A stretch of 64,000 nucleotides of DNA from Candidatus Cloacimonadales bacterium (GTDB lineage Bacteria > Cloacimonadota > Cloacimonadia > Cloacimonadales > JAFGVF01): positions 2,592,001-2,656,000 of the forward strand of contig OY762964.1 in the NCBI GenBank assembly GCA_963667035.1, in the 5' to 3' direction. The notes under the pieces were generated by a model. The model worked only from the letters and a program-made list of their open reading frames with translations. It ran no database searches and was not told where the DNA came from. This document shows positions 1 to 8,500 of the stretch, piece by piece. Numbering within the stretch: the stretch's first letter is position 1; every line of letters begins with the position of its first letter. The position numbers were made by a program, and so were the translations under genes.

Positions 1-282
1 ATCAAGCTCTTCAATTCGTTTCACAAGTAAGCTCACATACTCTCTGTTCTCGATAATAACTGCAAACTCCTGATAACTCTTTGAATCGAAAATAAGCTCC
101 ATAACAGGAAGGGCAACATACATAGCAGAGCTGGTAATCCCATGTAGAGGTTTCAAAGACTCAATTGTCATAATTGCTGCCGGAGTCAGTTTTCTTTCCA
201 CAAAGAAACGTGCGGCTTTATCAATCAGCATCAGAGCTCTTTCTCTTGGTACTTCTACAATGTAGCTTTCTTCGTTTAGCAT
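1..282 (-). CDS. Hypothetical protein, 3' end truncated by the window edge
   Basis: Manual translation from ATG at 282: MLNEESYIVEVPRERALMLIDKAARFFVERKLTPAAIMTIESLKPLHG..., open to position 1. The start overlaps the comF stop. Confidence 0.7.
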   Translation of the reverse strand, partial: MLNEESYIVEVPRERALMLIDKAARFFVERKLTPAAIMTIESLKPLHGITSSAMYVALPVMELIFDSKSYQEFAVIIENREYVSLLVKRIEELD

Positions 283-995
283 ACCTTTCCTACTGTTAAT
301 ACATATACTCTTTTAGGGTTACAATGATTAACGATATTGCAAACCTCTTTCATTGTTGATCCCGAAGTATAAATATCATCCAGAATCACAATATTCTTAT
401 CTTTTATAATCTCGGGCTTTCTTACACTGAAAGCACCTTTGACATTATCAGCTCTATCCGAATGCTCGACTTTTGATTGTTTTACGGTTGCTCTATCTCT
501 TTTCAAAACCGAACCGTCGTACATCCAGTTCTGCAATCGAGCCAATCGTTTCGCAATTAAGGCTGCTTGATTAAAGCCTCTTTCTTTCAGTCTCACTCTA
601 TGCAATGGTATCGGTAAAATCAAGTTTGCATCCGTAAAAATCTTATTTCTATTTAACCATTCGGAAGCTCTTAAAGCCAAGAAATCAGCAATTCTTCTCT
701 TGCTATCGTATTTCAGACTGTGAATCATACTTCTCAGACAGTCTCTATAGGCATATATTGCCTGTGCCTCAGTCCAAGGCACTTCCGGTTTACCACATTC
801 GAAGCATTCACCTCGAATCAGTTTCTTCCCACAATATGGACAAAGATTAGGCTCTAAGAAATACAGTTTATCAAGACACTTCGCACAGAGATATTCTCCG
901 GCAGTATCGATTCGTTCTCCGCAATGCTGACAGACAGGTGGGAATAGCAAGTTAAATCTACTCGATTCTCCTATCTTTCTCAGCGAGGAAAACAA
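276..995 (-). CDS. comF: ComF family protein (double zinc ribbon + phosphoribosyltransferase-like domain)
   Basis: CxxC pairs (CQHC, CAKC, CPYC, CFEC), PIPLH..R..ERGFNQA, and PRTase motif ILDDIYTSGST. Confidence 0.9.
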   Translation of the reverse strand: MFSSLRKIGESSRFNLLFPPVCQHCGERIDTAGEYLCAKCLDKLYFLEPNLCPYCGKKLIRGECFECGKPEVPWTEAQAIYAYRDCLRSMIHSLKYDSKRRIADFLALRASEWLNRNKIFTDANLILPIPLHRVRLKERGFNQAALIAKRLARLQNWMYDGSVLKRDRATVKQSKVEHSDRADNVKGAFSVRKPEIIKDKNIVILDDIYTSGSTMKEVCNIVNHCNPKRVYVLTVGKVC

Positions 996-1004
996 AGCAA
1001 ATAC

Positions 1005-1694
1005 CTAAAGTCCCAAGAATTTCTCTATAGATTCAAAGATAATTTTTCCGTCACGACTAGGTACGACATCTTCAGCCGCTCTTTCAGGGTGAGGCATCAT
1101 TCCAAGAACGTTACGATTTATATTACATATCCCTGCTATATTATCAATAGCACCATTAGGATTGGATTCTTCATTAACATTGCCTGATTCGTCACAATAA
1201 CGGAACAGAATTTGGTTATTATCTTGAAGACTTTTTAATCCGGTTTCATCAATAAAGTAGTTTCCCTCTTTATGAGCTATCGGAATATCAAGAACCTGCT
1301 CTTTTGTGCAGGCATTTGTGAATGGAGAGTCAAGAGTTTCCACTCTAATAGTTTGGTGCTTACAGATGAATTCAAGGTCTCTGTTCTGCATTAAAGCTCC
1401 GGGAAGCAGCCCTGTTTCGGTAAGTATCTGAAAACCGTTACAAACACCAATTACAAGCCCACCGTTGTTAGCAAACTTTATCACTTCTTGAATGATAGGT
1501 GAATGCTTGGCTATCGCTCCGCAACGGAGATAATCACCATAAGAGAATCCACCGGGGAGAAATACCATATCCGGATTTTTTAGCTGAGTATCCTTATGCC
1601 AAACATACTCTACCTGATGGCCCCTAATCTTGCTGATATGAAAAGCATCACCGTCGCAATTGGAGCCGGGAAACATTATAACATTGATTCTCAT
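1005..1694 (-). CDS. purQ: Phosphoribosylformylglycinamidine synthase glutaminase subunit PurQ
   Basis: FPGSNCD, PGGFSYGDYLRCGA, GVCNGFQIL, GMMPHPER. Confidence 0.97.
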   Translation of the reverse strand: MRINVIMFPGSNCDGDAFHISKIRGHQVEYVWHKDTQLKNPDMVFLPGGFSYGDYLRCGAIAKHSPIIQEVIKFANNGGLVIGVCNGFQILTETGLLPGALMQNRDLEFICKHQTIRVETLDSPFTNACTKEQVLDIPIAHKEGNYFIDETGLKSLQDNNQILFRYCDESGNVNEESNPNGAIDNIAGICNINRNVLGMMPHPERAAEDVVPSRDGKIIFESIEKFLGL

Positions 1695-1697
1695 TGT

Positions 1698-1949
1698 TTA
1701 CTTACCTGTTTCAAGTTCGTAATAATATGTTTCGGTATTAGGATTTGCCAGAACTTTGTCACAAATCTTTTCCAATTCAGCTTTTACTTCGTTCTCGTTG
1801 TCATTCTCAAATTTGATTTCTATGAATTTACTCACACGAACTTCGTTCACACCTTTGTGTCCCAGACTGTGTAATGTATTCATTACAACTTTGCCCTGAG
1901 GGTCAAGAACGCTTGGTTTCAGGGTAATATAAACTTTAGCTTTAATCAT
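1698..1949 (-). CDS. purS: FGAM synthase subunit PurS
   Basis: 83 aa, VLDPQG and LANP motifs, adjacent to purQ. Confidence 0.95.
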   Translation of the reverse strand: MIKAKVYITLKPSVLDPQGKVVMNTLHSLGHKGVNEVRVSKFIEIKFENDNENEVKAELEKICDKVLANPNTETYYYELETGK

Positions 1950-2320
1950 TGTTCCTCTTCATTGTGATAATTATTCAGTTTCCCAAATTATAGACTATAT
2001 AATTACCGTCAATTGAAATTAATCAATCTGCTTTAAAAACAATGGATTAGAGTTTCTTTTAATAATTGGTATTTTCTCAACTTGCTCTTATTGACTATTT
2101 CCTAAAACGACAAACATAAAACCACGTAAAAACAAGTTCAATTTATACGGATTTGATTCCATCACCATCCGAACTTTAGGATTATGTCTTTTATAATAGT
2201 AAGAGCATAATTAATAATCTTACTCAATTTGCCATACACCCTAATATAATAGTTAACGTATACAGTGCGATTTTCAACAACTTACGCTATTTTTATCTCT
2301 TCTATTTCGCTATTCAACAA

Positions 2321-2430
2321 CGCACGATGTTCGCACTGTGCAGGCACTGTGATCTCAGTATCCACCCACTGAAACACTGGGTTAGCAGTGCTTGAGCAGT
2401 GCGAGCACAGTGGGAAAACAGAGCTTTGGT
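2321..2430. repeat. 11-bp-phased inverted array (CACTG units then CAGTG units)
   Basis: cgcacgatgtt|cgcactgtgca|ggcactgtgat|...|actgggttagc|agtgcttgagc|agtgcgagcac|agtgggaaaac. GC-rich island in an AT-rich spacer. Confidence 0.6.
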
Positions 2431-2460
2431 AATTAGCTTAAAGTATGTCAGGGGAATAGC

Positions 2461-3924
2461 CTATTTATTCTTAAGGGATTTCATTAAAGGATATAGCTTT
2501 CTGAATACTAAGTACTTGTTCCTATAGAAGGCTGCTTTATCTTGAATAGGTAAATAGACTTCTTTATCTTTAACAATAGAATCGCATGCAGATGTAACAT
2601 CAGGATATTCTCCACAGCCTACAGAAGCAAGAATAGCAGCACCAAAAGCAGGACCCTCGGATACTTCTATAGTTGCTATCTTAAGATTGAAAATATTAGC
2701 AATCAATTGATTCCACACCCTACTTTTGGAACCACCGCCACTTATTCTAATCTTATCAATCGCAATCTTCATACTTTTAAGAATCTCAAGAGAATCCCTA
2801 AGAGCAAACGCTACTCCTTCCATTACGGCTTTACTCATATCGGCAGAATCATTGTTTATACCTATTCCAATAAATGCACCCTTAGCTGTAGGGTCGTTAT
2901 GGGGAGTACGTTCTCCTATCAGATAAGGTAAAAATAAAAGTTCCTCTGAGTCTTGAGATACTTCAATGTCCTGATTAATTCTCTCATAATCATTACACTT
3001 CAAGACATCCTCAACCCACCATTTGAGAGCTCCTGCAGCTGAAAGCATGACTCCCATCTGGTGAAACATCCCATTCGCATGTGCAAAAGAATGAAGTCTG
3101 TTGCCTTTATCAATTATACAGTTATCCGTTGGTGCAAAAACAACTCCGGAAGTTCCTAGTGCAACAGAAACAACGCCCTCTCTAACAGCTCCGGTTCCTA
3201 TAGCTCCAACAGCCTGGTCTCCCCCACCAATGATAATATTTGTATTAGCAGGAATGCTTAGTTCATCTGCAATATCTACTTTGACCGTACCTATTACCTC
3301 AAAGGATTCAAACAATTCCGGAAGCTGATTCTTTGTAACACCAACCAGCTTTAGCATCTCGTCCGACCATGTTTTATTCTTTACATCCAGAAGCAATGTC
3401 CCGGAAGCATCGGAATAATCTGTAGCAAACACTCCGGAAAGCTTGAAAGCAATATAATCTTTAGGAAGCATTATTTTACTGATACGTTTAAAGTTATCGG
3501 GTTCGTTATCTCTCAGCCATAGAATTTTGGGAGCAGTAAATCCGGTTAAGGCAATGTTCCCTGTATAATCGGATATATATTCTTTTCCAATACCTAGATT
3601 TAAATAGTTGCATTCAATGACAGTTCGTTGATCACACCATAAAATAGCGGGACGTATAACCCTATCATCAGAATCAAGAGCAACCAATCCATGCATTTGT
3701 CCACTAAAACTAATACCCTTAAGATTACTCAAATCATGCTTGCGAACTAAATCTTTAATCACTGATTTTGTAGCTTTCCACCAATCATCCGGATTCTGTT
3801 CAGCCCAATTTGGTTTCGGGAAACTAAGCTCATAACCCTCCGTACAAGTATCAATAATAGTTCCGTCCGCTTTCATTAAAAGAGCTTTAACAGATGAAGT
3901 GCCAATATCAATCCCTAAATACAT
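2461..3924 (-). CDS. xylB: Xylulokinase
   Basis: FGGY kinase motifs GIDIGTSSVK, SGQMHGLV, RPAILWCDQR, GGGDQA, PYLIGERTPH; downstream of xylA. Confidence 0.95.
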   Translation of the reverse strand: MYLGIDIGTSSVKALLMKADGTIIDTCTEGYELSFPKPNWAEQNPDDWWKATKSVIKDLVRKHDLSNLKGISFSGQMHGLVALDSDDRVIRPAILWCDQRTVIECNYLNLGIGKEYISDYTGNIALTGFTAPKILWLRDNEPDNFKRISKIMLPKDYIAFKLSGVFATDYSDASGTLLLDVKNKTWSDEMLKLVGVTKNQLPELFESFEVIGTVKVDIADELSIPANTNIIIGGGDQAVGAIGTGAVREGVVSVALGTSGVVFAPTDNCIIDKGNRLHSFAHANGMFHQMGVMLSAAGALKWWVEDVLKCNDYERINQDIEVSQDSEELLFLPYLIGERTPHNDPTAKGAFIGIGINNDSADMSKAVMEGVAFALRDSLEILKSMKIAIDKIRISGGGSKSRVWNQLIANIFNLKIATIEVSEGPAFGAAILASVGCGEYPDVTSACDSIVKDKEVYLPIQDKAAFYRNKYLVFRKLYPLMKSLKNK

Positions 3925-3933
3925 TTTTGTCCC

Positions 3934-5250
3934 TTAAATATCATAGATATATTGATTTAATATGCTTTCCAGCATCTCCTGTCGACCTGATTCAATTCTC
4001 CTCACTCCATACTTAAGAGCATGTTCTTCTAATTCCTTAAATGATGTGTTACCTGATTTGATTTTAGCACCTATACCATTCTCGTAAGAAGCATAGCGTT
4101 TAGCCTTAAAACTTTCAAAGACATTATCTTCAATCAACTTAGCAGCAACTCTAAGTCCTTTGGCAAAAGTATCCATGCCGACAATATAAGCATAGAATAA
4201 GTCAATAGGCTCAAAAGAACCACGTCTTACTTTAGCATCAAAGTTGAGTCCTCCGGTAGTAAAACCACCTGCCAACAAAACTTCATACATTGCTAAAGTC
4301 GCATCGTAGATATCTGTCGGGAATTGGTCGGTATCCCATCCCAGAAGCATATCACCTCGGTTAGCGTCTATGCTACCAAGAGCACCATTGATACGACAGA
4401 AAGCCAGTTCATGCTGGAAGCTATGACCGGCAAGAGTTGCATGATTAGCCTCAATGTTAAGCTTGAATTTATCTTGAAGATTATACTTTCTTAAAAAGCC
4501 CAAGACGGTTGCAGCATCGAAATCATACTGATGTTTAGTTGGTTCTTTAGGTTTAGGTTCTATATAGAACTGTCCCTTAAAACCGATCTCTTCAGCATAA
4601 TTCACAGCTAAATGCAAGAATTTGGCAAGATTATCCAATTCAAGTCCCATATCAGTATTCAAAAGAGTTTCATAACCTTCTCTTCCACCCCAAAAAACAT
4701 AGCCGGCACCATTAAGTCTATGAGTTATCTCCATCGCTTTCTTGACTTGAGCGGCAGCATAAGCAAAGACATCCGCCTCACAGTTTGTCCCTGCACCATG
4801 CATAAATCTCGGATGTCCAAAAGCATTGGTTGTGCCCCATAACAGTTTTATTCCCGTTCTTTTCATCTCTTCTTCAATAACGGGAATAATCTCATCCAGA
4901 ATAGCATTTGTTTCTGCTAAATTCTTACCTTCCGGAGCAATGTCTCTATCGTGAAAGCAAAAATACTCTAGTCCTAACTTCTGCATAAATTCAAAGGCAA
5001 CTTTAACTCTAACCTTTGCTCTTTCTATATCATTATCAGTTTCATCCCACGGACGAAGAGCTGTTCCCTCTCCAAAAGGGTCAGTCCCTGTTCCTGTAAT
5101 TGTATGCCAATAAGACATAGCAAACTTCAAATGCTCCCTCATTGTTTTGCCTAATATGATTTCATCAGCATTGTAATGTTTGAATGCTAAAGGATTCTTT
5201 GAAGTTTTACCTTCGTATTTAATATTGTCAATATCGGGAAAATACTGCAT
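3934..5250 (-). CDS. xylA: Xylose isomerase (class II)
   Basis: [38 protein letters not shown]. Start moved to ATG 5250 (MQYFPD) with AAGGA RBS. Confidence 0.97.
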   Translation of the reverse strand: MQYFPDIDNIKYEGKTSKNPLAFKHYNADEIILGKTMREHLKFAMSYWHTITGTGTDPFGEGTALRPWDETDNDIERAKVRVKVAFEFMQKLGLEYFCFHDRDIAPEGKNLAETNAILDEIIPVIEEEMKRTGIKLLWGTTNAFGHPRFMHGAGTNCEADVFAYAAAQVKKAMEITHRLNGAGYVFWGGREGYETLLNTDMGLELDNLAKFLHLAVNYAEEIGFKGQFYIEPKPKEPTKHQYDFDAATVLGFLRKYNLQDKFKLNIEANHATLAGHSFQHELAFCRINGALGSIDANRGDMLLGWDTDQFPTDIYDATLAMYEVLLAGGFTTGGLNFDAKVRRGSFEPIDLFYAYIVGMDTFAKGLRVAAKLIEDNVFESFKAKRYASYENGIGAKIKSGNTSFKELEEHALKYGVRRIESGRQEMLESILNQYIYDI

Positions 5251-5398
5251 AAAATATTCCTTTAAAATGTTTACAGCAAAAGTCAAGAAACCGGGACAAA
5301 ATGTAAAGATAAAAATGACTACATTTGCTGGCTTTTTATGCATTTACTAATAATAGTAATATGAATAATAAACATTTTATAGATATGCTAGAAATTGA

Positions 5399-5427
5399 TT
5401 GACACATTTGTTTAAGAACAGCATCCT
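5399..5427 (+). promoter_or_regulatory. Candidate sigma70 promoter for the 1820-aa surface protein
   Basis: TTGACA-N17-CATCCT. Confidence 0.4.
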
Positions 5428-5536
5428 TGAATTGGTTAGTTAGAATTGTAAGAGTATAAACTATGCATAGGGAGATTCAAATTTTTTGAAATTATGCATT
5501 CAATCGCAACCATTTCTGATTTCTTAGGAGGATCTT

Positions 5537-8500
5537 ATGAGTAAGAAATTGCTAGCCATATTATTAGCAACTTTATTCATTTTTAGTTTATTAGCTGATG
5601 GTACTAATACAAGTACCGGAGCCCCCCAAATAACGGAGTTTCCATATTCTGACACTGGAAATTTATCTGACAATACAGACGAGAACACTGCAAGAGGAAG
5701 AGATGAGTGGTGGACACTCACAACTTCCATAGACCTGACAAATCTTGATATTCATCCAGTTTATAGTGGCTGGGATGGCTATCTATTTATTTATGATTCA
5801 AATTTAACTCTGTTAGCTTCCAATGATGACGGTCCGGCAGGAGAAGATGATTCTCGAGTCATAATGAATCTCGAAGCCGGAGAAACAATCTATATTTGCG
5901 TAGATGAATATGAAGCAAGTACTGAAGATCATCCATTTACATTAAATGTTAGTTCGGATCAAACAGGATTGTTTTACGACCCAAGCGCTCCGGAAAGTAT
6001 CCAGAATTTCTCTCCTGAAACAGCATCTCTTGATGTTGAGTTGCTACCAACATTAACATGGGATTTTGGAGCTAACACCGAAACTTATGATTTCTATTTA
6101 GACACCGTAGACCCACCTGTAAATCAAGTAGTAACTAATGCAACAGCTGGGACAAGCGGTAGCTATACACCCGATATTAATCTTGATGGTACAACAACTT
6201 ATTACTGGAAAATTGTAAGCAAAAATACTCAGAGTACAATTACAATTGATGCTACCGGCAATTTTTATACTACGATAAGTGAAGGTACTATTCAGATTGG
6301 GGATGGAACTCTTGTCGGGCAACATGTTCCAATAGAGCCTTATTTCGGCTACTCATATAGTCAGTCTATTTATCTGCAAAGTGAAATTGATGTTGCAGGA
6401 AGCAGAATAGAAAGAGTTTCATATCAATATAATTTATATAATAATCTACCCAACTGTGATGAGTGGATAATTTACATGGCTCATACATCTGAAAATGAGT
6501 TCACTAGCACGAGTGATTGGACCCCTATTGAGGACTTCCAAGTGGTTTATTCGGGACATCTTCCTCCAATTGGACCCGATGGCTGGATTGTTTTTGACCT
6601 AACATTCCCTTTCATGTATAATAATGTAGATAATTTAATCATTGCTGTTGAAGAGAATCAAGCAAGCTTTGGTTCAGATAATGAAGAGTTCTTTGCCGAG
6701 GCAACTACTAACTCCAGAAGTATTGTTTATTACAATGACTCTACTAATCCAGATCCAATATCGCCACCTACGGCATCAAACATTTTAAGTTCAATTCCTA
6801 ACACCAGATTAGAGTTTGCTGAAATTACCGAACCAGCTCACCTAAGTGTTAGCACCAATGAAATAGATTTTGGCTATTGTTTTGTAGACTCATCAACAGA
6901 TGCTATAACTATAACAATTCAAAACGTAGGTTTAGGAACTCTGAATATTGCTTCAGCTGTCCTTAATGACACTACTAACTTCAGTTTGGTTGATGAGAAT
7001 ACTTATCCCCTCTCATTAGGCTCATCTGAAGATTCATCGTTTAATATTGCTTTTGCTCCGACTCAATCGGGAGATATTGAAGGAGAAATCACCATCACAG
7101 ATGATGCTACCAGACAAACAACAACTATTTCTCTTAGTGGTTCAGGATTAGGTTCAAGTATAACCAACTATCCTTATGTACAAACATTTACCCAGGATAC
7201 TGTCCCAATTGAATGGACAATTAATCCTGAAGAGGATAGTTGGATTGTTGGTGATAACAACTTTGGTGGCTATGGTGCAACATCAGAAGCAACCGGAGAC
7301 GGTGGTAATTATATTGGAGTAGATGACTCAACTCCAGATGTGTCTCCTGCTCATCTTTATTCACCTGATTTTGACTTTACTAATGTATCAAATCCCGTAC
7401 TCAATTTCAAGTATTGGATTGGTAACGGTTCAAGCAATAACACTTCGGAACTTCATGTTGATGTAATTGTTGAAGGTAATACAACTACTGATTTAGTAGT
7501 ATTAACTGATAATGATGGAGCAACCGAATGGACGACCTATGAAATCTCTCTTGCTGATTATACAAATCAAATTGTTAAGTTAGATTTTAGAGCCTTAGAA
7601 ACAATCGACAATTTCTATGGAGATATCTGTTTAGACGATATCACCGTTTATGATAACTCCGTTCCTCCACCACCAACTACTCTTGTAGCTCCTATTGATC
7701 AAGAAACAGATGTCCCTATGACAGGAACACTAGAGTGGAATAGTACTCAAGGAGCAACCGGTTATAAAGTATCAATCGGTACTGACAACCCTCCAACTAA
7801 CTTTGTTAACGGTATTGATGTTGAAGATGCATTATCTTATGACTATTCAGGTCTTGCTGCCGGTACTGTCTATTACTGGCAAATTACACCTTATAATCCT
7901 ATTGGAGACGCAGTAAACTGTCCTGCATGGTCTTTTACTACATTCAATGATGTACCTTTAGCTACAACTCTAATAGCTCCGACAAATGCCGCAACTGCAG
8001 TTTCAGAGCTTCCAACTCTTTCTTGGAATCCTGCAACGAACTATCCGGATGGATACAAACTCTACCTAGGAACTGATAATCCTCCAACAGATGTTTATAA
8101 TGGAATGGATTTAGGTTTTGTAACAACCTACAATATCACAGCACCACTCCAATATGAGACAACATATTACTGGCAGATTGTTCCTTATAACATTGTTGGA
8201 GACGCTACAAACTGCCCTATATGGTCATTCACAACAAATCCTAATCAAAATAGCGGTGGTAACGGAACTTTATATGGAGGTTATTATTATGCAAATAGTA
8301 CTGCCGGAGGAAATGGACTTGGGCATCAACCTAGATTTGAATGGGTAGAAATATCAGGAACACCTACCACCTTAAATGGAACAAATAATTCTTCAGGAAG
8401 CTATGATGACGGATATTGGACAGTGCCAATTGGTTTCACTTTCAATTTCTTTGGAAACGACTATACTCAGGTATCAATATGTTCAAACGGTACTTTACAG

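Noticed and set aside
5251..5343. N-terminal extensions in the ORF track (xylA; also murA to 15430, BNR/LTD gene to 21744, ZraP-like gene to 59069)
   Set aside because: Downstream ATGs have good RBSs and give family-typical N-termini or signal peptides.
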